From an uncultured archaeon (GTDB lineage Archaea; Aenigmatarchaeota; Aenigmatarchaeia; QMZP01; QMZT01), in contig CAZTJN010000001.1 of NCBI GenBank assembly GCA_964613955.1, positions 97,656 to 161,655 of the forward strand: a DNA stretch of 64,000 bases, in the 5' to 3' direction. Numbering within the stretch: position 1 is the stretch's first letter; every line of letters starts with the position of its first letter. The notes below the pieces were generated by a model. That model did no database searches. It worked only from the letters and a program-made list of their open reading frames with translations, and was not told the DNA's origin. This document shows, piece after piece, positions 47,202-55,450 of the stretch. The position numbers were made by a program, and so were the translations under genes.

Positions 47202-48339
47202 ATAACATGCGCAGTAGCTTGTGTTTCCTACCTTCGATCTTTATTGCTAGGTTCGGGCAAACCTCCAGACATTGCATACACCCCACACATTTTTTATAGT
47301 CTATCTTGGGAGGCGTAATAGCGTTGGCAGCACACATTTTTACGCACTCCAAACATCTCGAACATCTCTCTTCCAAAATTACTGGCTTTTCCCTTATTTT
47401 TAAAGGGATGTTCAGTTTTTTCAATGGCCACGAGATTATCCTGCTCCTCATCGCCCAATTGTCCAGAAACGACTTCTTTCGTAAAGGGATTTCGAATTCC
47501 AAAGCGGGAATTTCCCCGGAAATTTTTATTTTTTCAAAATTGCTGCCCGGAAGATTCCTTTCTGTTGCATAATTTATCTGTTTTACAGAATGAAAATCAA
47601 CCCCCATAACCTTACACGCAACCATATCAACGCTTATGTTGTTGTCTCCCACTATTAACAAGTCTCCTCTGACAGGTTTCCCGTGTGTTGGTCCTGACCC
47701 CTCCATACCCATTATCCCTTCCACTACCGATAACCTTATTCTGTGGAGAAGCTTTTCATTCAATAAGGCTATCAGCATGTCTATGTTCTTTGAATGGAAT
47801 TTCCTTCTCCCTTTTCTGTTCAGGAACCCCATCAGATTTTTCATTCCCAAGGAAACTCCGGTGAGCGTGTGCGTCTTTAATTTGGGTATGTTTATAATAC
47901 CGTCCGCATCGAAAAGTGTTTTGGGCAAATAAATATCTTCCCTGTCCAATGATATTCTAACCCATTTATCTTCTTCCGAATTTATCAGTTCTATTCTCAA
48001 ATCTTTACACATCCTTTTAAATCCTGTTATCTTCATGGTTTCCTCAAAATCGTAAATCTGTATGGGGGCCTCTATTATCAGGGGTTCGGCTCCGATCCTT
48101 TTAAGATACTTAGCTATTACCTCAACAATCCTTACATCAGTAGTTGCCCCTGTTGAGGAAGGGAATGGCGAAGATATATTTGGTTTGAGCACTATCCTTT
48201 CTCCTTTCTCAGCAAAATTGGATTTATCCAAAACCCTCAAGAACTCCCCTTTTAACGAAATAAAATTTTTGTTCCTCAAGACATAAACCTTGGACATATG
48301 AAATTCTTGACAACAATTTTTAAAAGCCAATAAACTCAT
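47194..48339 (-). CDS. DUF362-domain protein fused to a C-terminal 2x[4Fe-4S] ferredoxin domain
   Basis: C-terminal 'CSRCLECVKMCAANAI' and 'CVGCMQCLEVCPNLAI' are two CxxCxxCxxxCP motifs. The N-terminal 300 aa are typical of DUF362 architecture. Overlaps its neighbours by 8 and 4 bp, indicating an operon. Confidence 0.65.
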   Translation of the reverse strand: MSLLAFKNCCQEFHMSKVYVLRNKNFISLKGEFLRVLDKSNFAEKGERIVLKPNISSPFPSSTGATTDVRIVEVIAKYLKRIGAEPLIIEAPIQIYDFEETMKITGFKRMCKDLRIELINSEEDKWVRISLDREDIYLPKTLFDADGIINIPKLKTHTLTGVSLGMKNLMGFLNRKGRRKFHSKNIDMLIALLNEKLLHRIRLSVVEGIMGMEGSGPTHGKPVRGDLLIVGDNNISVDMVACKVMGVDFHSVKQINYATERNLPGSNFEKIKISGEIPALEFEIPLRKKSFLDNWAMRSRIISWPLKKLNIPLKIREKPVILEERCSRCLECVKMCAANAITPPKIDYKKCVGCMQCLEVCPNLAIKIEGRKHKLLRMLFG

Positions 48340-49142
48340 TTTCCTCCCAAGCGCAAATATAAATTGAAGGGGATCACATGGAAGACAACGGCGTTAATTC
48401 TGAACAGAACTGCAACCATGAAACCAAATAAAACAGGGTATCCTAAAAGATAGAAGAACAGGACCGAGTATGCCTCCAGCAAACCTCCCGCATTCTTAAA
48501 ATAGGGAACGAAATACAGAAGGCTCGATGAAGCCAAGAATATGATAATTACCGGAATATCCAGGAAAAGATTCGCTGCATAAAACACAAAAAGTGTTCTG
48601 GGAAACTCCAGAAAGTACCTGAAAAAGCATAGGGATGCATAACCCCCTAATTTCCTAGATAGAATATTTCTATGTTTTACAACCACCATCAAAACGTACA
48701 CAGTTTCGAACACCAAAATCCAAAGAAAGAAATTCCATTCTTTCACGAAAAACAAGGATACCAAAATCAAAAAGGGTATGGAAACCATGTCGGAAATATT
48801 TATTATTTTCAAAGTTTTCTCAGCTTTTTCAATCTTTAATTTTTCGGTCAGGTATTTTTTTGCTTCCCCTCCCACCACATCTAGATACACAAATTTCAAA
48901 ATAACCCTCACGCCTCTTCTTGGATTTCCCTTTAAAATAAAGGGGGCGTAGGGGAAAAGAAACGAGAGTGCTGCAACGTATCCGGCCACACCAGAGATAA
49001 CGAAATAAAACAAATTTATTCCGAAAAATAAAACAGCAATCTCATCAAAAATCCCAGCTCCATAAAAAGCAAAAAACAGCATGCACAAAATCAAGAATAA
49101 AAGGATCGAGTATTTGTACTTTGCTAAATTGTTTGGGGCCAT
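48336..49142 (-). CDS. Polytopic membrane protein, possibly flippase-like (UPF0104-like)
   Basis: 268 aa with about 8 TM helices. 'PYFKNAGGLLEAYSVLFFYLLG' resembles the UPF0104 P..gGlG..E signature. Confidence 0.45.
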   Translation of the reverse strand: MAPNNLAKYKYSILLFLILCMLFFAFYGAGIFDEIAVLFFGINLFYFVISGVAGYVAALSFLFPYAPFILKGNPRRGVRVILKFVYLDVVGGEAKKYLTEKLKIEKAEKTLKIINISDMVSIPFLILVSLFFVKEWNFFLWILVFETVYVLMVVVKHRNILSRKLGGYASLCFFRYFLEFPRTLFVFYAANLFLDIPVIIIFLASSSLLYFVPYFKNAGGLLEAYSVLFFYLLGYPVLFGFMVAVLFRINAVVFHVIPFNLYLRLGGK

Positions 49143-49321
49143 CTTATCAAGATTATATTGCTAGATTAGATTTATTAAACATCTGGATAACAAATTTTTA
49201 TGATATATGAGAGGATACTCGTAACCTTCTTGGTCTGTGTACAACTTCAAGGTACGAAGCAGGCTTAAGATTTATCCTATACAGAGGTTATTTTTTTTAA
49301 ACCTATTGATAAATTATTAAC

Positions 49322-50242
49322 ATGAAAATGAGAAGAAACCCCTTTTTGATTATTTTGGTATGCGCCATTTTTTTGCTAATTCCTTCTCTTGTTGCCGGAG
49401 CATGCCCCAAGGATGACACGTACATAAACTCCAGTACTGTTCTCTCTGGAGGTTTCTGCAAGATCGAAGACAAAAATGAAGACGGTGTACTTATAATAAT
49501 TTCTTCCAACATCGTTCTTGATTGTAACAATACTTTATTTGACGGAGGTGTATCAAAAGCAGGATATACGGTAACCGTCCCCTGCGATATGGGAATAAGA
49601 AATATCACGATCAAAAACTGCCGTGCTGTTAACTATTTCCGCGGGGCTAATATATGTGGTCTTAAAGAAAGCTCAATTTATGGAAATATATTCACCAATA
49701 TGTCTTTAAGTGGTATCGGTATGCCCTATGGTTGCAGTAATAACAAGATAACGAAAAATATTTTGGAATACAACGCAAATGAAGGAATAAGTTTTTACGG
49801 GTCAGAGTACAATACCATATCGGAAAATGTAATAAAGTATAATGGTAACGGCATAGTAATTAAAGGTGGGAATGGATGGGGTTGCCACCACAACATTATA
49901 AAGGAAAACGAAATCGAGAACAATAGGAACAATGGAATATTATATGACAGTTGTAAACATGGCATTATTTCAGGAAACATTATAAAAAATAACTCAGGAT
50001 ACGGAATACTTTTCGTAGGCGATGCAGAAGCAGACGACACAACAGGCAATGAATTCTCATCCAATGAAAAAGGGGATACCGGATTTGGAAAAACAATTGA
50101 AACTGCTTCAGGAGGGGGTATTTCTGGATTCTTTATTTGGAGTCAGGGCATTCCGGCTGCTATATTCATTATCGTGTTAATTTTAGCTTTTGTTATTATA
50201 AAAATTATTTTGCCAAAGTACAGAATTCAGAGTAAACGTTAA
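49322..50242 (+). CDS. Secreted right-handed beta-helix (PbH1/NosD-like) protein with C-terminal TM anchor
   Basis: Signal 'MKMRRNPFLIILVCAIFLLIPSLVAGA'. Repeats 'NITIKNCRAVNYFRGANICGLKESSIYGNIFTNMSLSGIGM...NEGISFYGSEYNTISENVIKYNGNGIVI'. C-terminal 'IPAAIFIIVLILAFVIIKIILPKYRIQSKR'. Confidence 0.7.
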   Translation: MKMRRNPFLIILVCAIFLLIPSLVAGACPKDDTYINSSTVLSGGFCKIEDKNEDGVLIIISSNIVLDCNNTLFDGGVSKAGYTVTVPCDMGIRNITIKNCRAVNYFRGANICGLKESSIYGNIFTNMSLSGIGMPYGCSNNKITKNILEYNANEGISFYGSEYNTISENVIKYNGNGIVIKGGNGWGCHHNIIKENEIENNRNNGILYDSCKHGIISGNIIKNNSGYGILFVGDAEADDTTGNEFSSNEKGDTGFGKTIETASGGGISGFFIWSQGIPAAIFIIVLILAFVIIKIILPKYRIQSKR

Positions 50243-50349
50243 TAAAATTTTGTTGACTCTTCTTCTGTGTATGAAAACAAAACTCTAAAAAGAGATAATG
50301 GAAATGAAACTTATATAAATTTACCTTTAAAATAAATCTTATTGATAAA

Positions 50350-51267
50350 ATGATGTATGTAGTAACAGGCGGTTCTGGCTATATAGGACGTCAGCTCGTC
50401 AAAGATATTCTGAATAAAGGCGGAAGGGCAATAAACATAGACAAGAAAGAACCTCTTGAACCCGTCAAAGGAGAAAGGTTTATCAAGTGCGACCTAACGG
50501 ACAAAAGGAAAGCAAGAGAAACCATAAAATCCCTTGAGCCCGAAGGAGAATACGTTGTGATACATCTTGCTGGTTTGTTCGAGAAGGACGTAAGAAAAAG
50601 GAAACACTGGAAATTCGAGGATTTTCTTTCCATGAACGCCACCACAACAAAGAACCTAGTGGATGGACTGAACGAACAAACTTTCGACATCAAATCATTC
50701 ATCTTTTCCTCTGCCGCCTTGGTTAACTGCTTGGGAAAAATAAATGATTTTTACCCGCGTTCGAAGCTAAAGGCCGAAGAATTTATCAGGAAAAATCCGC
50801 CTTCTGCCTCCACCCACATACTCAGGGTCAGCAGGGTCATAGGAGGGCTTGACAACGGGAAAGTCTCGAAGGACATCGTAAGCGACTTCATAAAAAAATT
50901 CCTCTCCGAAGATGAAATTGTTTTCAAGGGCTCGAACATAAGGAGGGATTACATCCATTTGAATGACGTATGCAGGGTGATTCTCTCCCAGATGGAAAAT
51001 GGCCTGCATATAAAGAATGTTTATTCTTCAGAACAGGTGCAGATGAGAATAATAATTGAGATGATTCATGAGGCATTGCTGAAGAGAGGGCTTATCCAAA
51101 AGAAACGAAAAATCACCTTTCAGGAAGATATTGACAATCCTCTACCCCAGATAGAGGGCAGAAGCGATTTTTCCGGCATTCTTGAATGCAAGACCTCTGA
51201 AGATGTTGTAAAAAGGACGATAGATGAATATATCGAAGCCATGAAGAAAAACATCCCTTTCAAATAG
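50350..51267 (+). CDS. NAD(P)-dependent epimerase/dehydratase-family protein (extended SDR)
   Basis: 'MMYVVTGGSGYIGRQLVKDIL' Rossmann motif. Catalytic 'YPRSKLKAE' YxxxK. 305 aa. Confidence 0.7.
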   Translation: MMYVVTGGSGYIGRQLVKDILNKGGRAINIDKKEPLEPVKGERFIKCDLTDKRKARETIKSLEPEGEYVVIHLAGLFEKDVRKRKHWKFEDFLSMNATTTKNLVDGLNEQTFDIKSFIFSSAALVNCLGKINDFYPRSKLKAEEFIRKNPPSASTHILRVSRVIGGLDNGKVSKDIVSDFIKKFLSEDEIVFKGSNIRRDYIHLNDVCRVILSQMENGLHIKNVYSSEQVQMRIIIEMIHEALLKRGLIQKKRKITFQEDIDNPLPQIEGRSDFSGILECKTSEDVVKRTIDEYIEAMKKNIPFK

Positions 51268-51301
51268 TTTTATTTAAAATTTCCCTTTCAAATTAAAACT
51301 A

Positions 51302-52609
51302 ATGAGCAGGATTGTTGTTCTGGGAGGAGGTATCGCGGGTCTTTCCACTGCCTATTTCCTTGCGAAAGCCGGCATGAAACCAATCGTCTTGGAGAAGGAG
51401 AAGGAAGCGGGCGGTCTCGGATTCTGTCACAGTGTCGGCGATATGTTTATAGACAGCGGATATCACATCATTTTCAAAGGTGACGAGTATCTCCTGAATC
51501 TTTTGAGGGAGCTGAATTTAGAGAAAGATATTGTATGGGGAGACCTTGATTTTAAACTGGTCACCAAGAAAGGAGATATATTTTTCTCCCCGCTTAAAAT
51601 ATTATCAAGCATATGCCTCTCTTTATCCGAAAAAAAGTTCCTTGCGAAAATTTACTTCAAAATGAAAAACACAAAGGACTGGAAATCCCTCGACAAATTC
51701 ACAGCGAAAGAGTGGATAATAAAAAACAGCAGCGGTGATGTATACAAAGATATATTCGAGCCGATAATAAAGGCAAAATGGGGAAGGGATTCGGACAAAG
51801 CTTCTGCCGCATGGTTCTACGGTAGGCTTAAACCGCGTTCTAAATCCAGGAATATCTTCGGAGGAGGGGAAAAGGCAGGATACCTCAAAGGCTCTTTCAA
51901 AAATCTTTTTTCCGTTCTTGAAAGAGAAATAAAAGGTAGGGGAGGGGAAATAATAACATCAGCGAAGCCCACGAGGATATCCATAAAAAACAAGAAAGTC
52001 GTGTCAGTCAAGTATCGTATAAACAAAAACCTGAAAGAAATGAGAACAGACACTCTAATCAGCACCATCCCTGTTGGAGAGCTTCTGAGGATTGCAAAAT
52101 TGCCTGAAGATTTTGAAAGACAGGCAAGAAAATTAAAATACAAAGCTGTGATATGCGCAGTATTCAGCCTGCGGAAAAAAGTGACGAATTCTTTCAGAAC
52201 GATATTTTCTGAAAGGAGGTCCTTCGGCGGTCTTGTCGAGCTCACGAATCTCATAGACAAAAAACATTTCGGCGGTAAACACATACTTTACGTTTTCAAT
52301 TTCCTCAATGCCGAAGAAAGTTTATGGAAATTAGGGGACAAAGAAATTATTGAAAGATACATGAACGATCTCGAAAGGCTCTACTCTAGTTTCAAGGAAC
52401 AGATAATCTGGTATAGATTATACAAAAATCAGTACGGGGAGCCCTTTTATCAAAAAGACTACCTTAACATAATGCCGGATACCAAAACACCTGTAAAGGG
52501 GTTATTCTTAACGGGCATGATACACTCTTATCCTGTTTCTGATTTCAACAACATAGTATCACTAGCCAGCAAAACAGCTGACTTGGTTTTAAGGGAGGTA
52601 AGATGTTGA
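51302..52609 (+). CDS. FAD/NAD(P)-binding oxidoreductase (amine-oxidase / phytoene-desaturase-like fold)
   Basis: 'MSRIVVLGGGIAGLSTAYFLAKAGMKPIVLEKEKEAGG' is the dinucleotide-binding GxGxxG...E motif. 435 aa. Confidence 0.7.
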   Translation: MSRIVVLGGGIAGLSTAYFLAKAGMKPIVLEKEKEAGGLGFCHSVGDMFIDSGYHIIFKGDEYLLNLLRELNLEKDIVWGDLDFKLVTKKGDIFFSPLKILSSICLSLSEKKFLAKIYFKMKNTKDWKSLDKFTAKEWIIKNSSGDVYKDIFEPIIKAKWGRDSDKASAAWFYGRLKPRSKSRNIFGGGEKAGYLKGSFKNLFSVLEREIKGRGGEIITSAKPTRISIKNKKVVSVKYRINKNLKEMRTDTLISTIPVGELLRIAKLPEDFERQARKLKYKAVICAVFSLRKKVTNSFRTIFSERRSFGGLVELTNLIDKKHFGGKHILYVFNFLNAEESLWKLGDKEIIERYMNDLERLYSSFKEQIIWYRLYKNQYGEPFYQKDYLNIMPDTKTPVKGLFLTGMIHSYPVSDFNNIVSLASKTADLVLREVRC

Positions 52610-53718
52610 GCAGAAAGACGGCCCTCTCTATTCTGAAGGGGGTGCTAACGAAGAAAACACCCATTTACGTGCAGTTCGCAGTCACAAAAAGATGCAATTT
52701 GAACTGCAGAATGTGTGGCATAGTGAAATCATGGAAAAACGAAAAGGATTTGGACCTGGATGACGTGGAAAGGGTAGCGGATATTCTCTACAAGCTGAAC
52801 ACAGGCATGGTGATATTTACTGGAGGGGAGCCCTTTTCAAGAGATGACCTCCCGGAGATTGTGAAAATCTTCCATGAAAAAGGCCTGAATACAAGGCTGC
52901 AGACAAACGGGACATTGTGTACAGAAGAGAATGTCAAGGAGGTGGTAAAATCCGGCCTCAATGATATTTCAATATCTTTGGATTCACTGAGCCCGAAAGT
53001 TCAGGACAGTATAACCAATATGAAGGGTTCATGGGAAAGAACAATAAATTCCATATCCTTGTTTTCCCGCATGATGCCCAAGAAAAATTCCATGCCTATT
53101 ATAAACTGCGTTCTTTCGAAAAAGAACATAGCGGAAATCGAAAAAATGGTAAAATTCGTAGATAAAATAGGATTCTATCTTTCCGTTATTCCCGTACATC
53201 TCTTGAAAGAGCGAAGCGAAAGATTCGCCTTCAGGGGTTATGAGAATTCGATGGGTTTTTCGGAAAGGGATTTTGATTTGATAGATCGGACATATTCGAA
53301 ACTCATAGAGATGAAAAGGAAAGGATTTTCCATATACAACTCCCTGAAGTTCCTGAGGGAGAGCCCCGGGTTCATTAAATATCAAATATGCAGATGGAAG
53401 TGTTATTCTCCGTATCTCTATTTCTCTATTTCGCCAAGCGGCCTGTTCTCCCCGTGCATAGATTTACGAACAGATATATCAATCTTGGATGACAGGTTCC
53501 TCGAAATTTATAGGTCAAAGGAATTTGAAAAGAGAATTTCAAGGCAGGTCAGCCAGTGTTCGGGATGCATGTACGGCTGCTGGCCGGAGATTACGTATCT
53601 CTGCGAAGATGTGAAGGTTTTTATAAAGAGGATTTCGGAAGGTCTGAAAATTCTTGGCAGGAAAAGGAAAGGCTTCGATTACGATAGCATTATAAAAATT
53701 ATCAATTCAATATCATAA
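52603..53718 (+). CDS. Radical SAM protein with SPASM/twitch-like C-terminal domain
   Basis: 'AVTKRCNLNCRMCGI'. C-terminal 'CRWKCYSPYLYFSISPSGLFSPC...CSGCMYGCW'. Overlaps the upstream gene by 7 bp and abuts the downstream GT-C gene. Confidence 0.8.
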   Translation: MLSRKTALSILKGVLTKKTPIYVQFAVTKRCNLNCRMCGIVKSWKNEKDLDLDDVERVADILYKLNTGMVIFTGGEPFSRDDLPEIVKIFHEKGLNTRLQTNGTLCTEENVKEVVKSGLNDISISLDSLSPKVQDSITNMKGSWERTINSISLFSRMMPKKNSMPIINCVLSKKNIAEIEKMVKFVDKIGFYLSVIPVHLLKERSERFAFRGYENSMGFSERDFDLIDRTYSKLIEMKRKGFSIYNSLKFLRESPGFIKYQICRWKCYSPYLYFSISPSGLFSPCIDLRTDISILDDRFLEIYRSKEFEKRISRQVSQCSGCMYGCWPEITYLCEDVKVFIKRISEGLKILGRKRKGFDYDSIIKIINSIS

Positions 53719-53719
53719 A

Positions 53720-55450
53720 ATGCTCGGACTTGTTTACAAATTTCTGGACCAGAATATCCTGATTTTCATGTCCATACACTTTGCACTTTTGCTGCTGTTT
53801 CTCGCGCTAAATTTCAAAACAATCGTGAAAGAATTTTCAAGAATAAACAGAAAGGCATGGGCAATATTGCTGGTGATATTCCTGGTTGGTTTTTTCCTAA
53901 TGAACGCCGAATACTGGTATGGAGAACATACGGACGCTTATGCTCCTCTAGAAACTGCCAAGTTTCTGGTTCTGGAGGGGAAAAACGTGAAGGCCTGCGC
54001 TGCAGGACGGGCTGGTTACTGTTCGTCATACCAGCAGGTTCTTCAGCCGGTTGGGTTCCCTTATCTGATATCAATTTTATATATGATCTTCGGGATAAAC
54101 ACGCTCCCTGTTTTGGTGTTTTCAGGTGTATTAAGCTCGCTTACCACAATTCTCGTATTTCTCATATGCTATCTGTTATTCAAAAAGGAAGAAGTTGGAT
54201 TATATGCATCCCTTGTTTATGCTTTGATACCCCTTAACATATTTTTCTCAGGAACAGGATTCACAAGGATCATTTCTTTGTTTTTTGTTGGCTGCACAAT
54301 CTTGGTTTACTTGGTCACTATAAAGAAAAATAATCTTCGTTTATGGATGCTCTTTGTGCTGTTCCTTTCTTTTTCCATTTACATAAGGCAGGAGAATTAC
54401 GTTCTCATCCCTTTGTTTGTCTTGGGGTTGTTTTTGTTCAGATATAATTTAAAAAACAGGGACAACATGAAAAAGCTTTTCATAGCCGCTGTGGTGTTCA
54501 TAATTTTCCAGTTACATGTATTTTACTGGACATTCTTCATAATTGCATATGCATTTGTCCACCCTGTTGGATTACCGACATACTCCCTTGCTTGTCTTTT
54601 TAAAGTGAGCCCTTACATTCTCAGTTTCATGCTGGGGTTCCCCTTCTACCATATATCCAATGCATACAATTTAGCAGCAAGTTCGCTGTTTATTATAGGA
54701 ATTGCCCTCATACCGGTTTCCCTTTTAATGAAAAAAGACCATGCCAAGGGGTCTTTGTTCACGGCTGTTTGGTTTGTTTTGTTTTTTGTTATTTACGGGT
54801 CCTATTGCATGAACTTCGTTAACGGGCTTTCCCGAGACCCGGATACAAGCTTTGTCAGGTATATAATTCAATTCCATGTTCCATATGCCATACTGGCAGG
54901 ATATGCATTTTATATGATAACTAAATTTGGTAAAAGGATAAGCAGGTACGCAAATTTTGTATTGGTTCCGATTTTCGTTATTCTTTTGCTTATGTCAATC
55001 CAGTTCCCAACAACCATGTTTAAGGATGCGAGGACAGATCATGACAGCAAGTATTTCTCAGCCATAAAGAGGACGCCTCCGAATTCGACCATTATAACAC
55101 AGATGTTCATGATGGTGTCATCAGATGTAGTTGGAGGAAATAGAAAGTATATATCTCCCGAAGTAATGGTTCTGCACGGAACACCTGAACACACGATTAA
55201 GTTGCTGCATGAAAGCAAAGATGTCTATTACATAGAGCTGGACTATTGTAAATACGACCCAGATCATAATCCATGCAAGTTCATAAGGGAAAATCTGGAC
55301 CTCGAGTTTGCTTTCAGGGAAGGCCCCCTGAATGTCTACAAAGTTTTAGTGAAACCTGATAAGGACTACATCATTGAGTGGATTCATTCCCTGTACAACG
55401 TTACCGTGAGATCAAACAAAATTGTAAATATGACTGTGAGTGAATTATGA
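53720..55450 (+). CDS. GT-C fold membrane glycosyltransferase, PMT/ArnT-like, paralog group A
   Basis: 576 aa. 'SRINRKAWAILLVIFLVGFFLM', 'KKEEVGLYASLVYALIPLNIFF', and C-terminal 'GPLNVYKVLVKP'. Confidence 0.6.
   Translation: MLGLVYKFLDQNILIFMSIHFALLLLFLALNFKTIVKEFSRINRKAWAILLVIFLVGFFLMNAEYWYGEHTDAYAPLETAKFLVLEGKNVKACAAGRAGYCSSYQQVLQPVGFPYLISILYMIFGINTLPVLVFSGVLSSLTTILVFLICYLLFKKEEVGLYASLVYALIPLNIFFSGTGFTRIISLFFVGCTILVYLVTIKKNNLRLWMLFVLFLSFSIYIRQENYVLIPLFVLGLFLFRYNLKNRDNMKKLFIAAVVFIIFQLHVFYWTFFIIAYAFVHPVGLPTYSLACLFKVSPYILSFMLGFPFYHISNAYNLAASSLFIIGIALIPVSLLMKKDHAKGSLFTAVWFVLFFVIYGSYCMNFVNGLSRDPDTSFVRYIIQFHVPYAILAGYAFYMITKFGKRISRYANFVLVPIFVILLLMSIQFPTTMFKDARTDHDSKYFSAIKRTPPNSTIITQMFMMVSSDVVGGNRKYISPEVMVLHGTPEHTIKLLHESKDVYYIELDYCKYDPDHNPCKFIRENLDLEFAFREGPLNVYKVLVKPDKDYIIEWIHSLYNVTVRSNKIVNMTVSEL

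Noticed and set aside
49303-49614. Minus-strand 103-aa ORF
   Set aside because: It overlaps the divergent promoter region and the signal-peptide-encoding 5' end of the beta-helix gene, and has no features.
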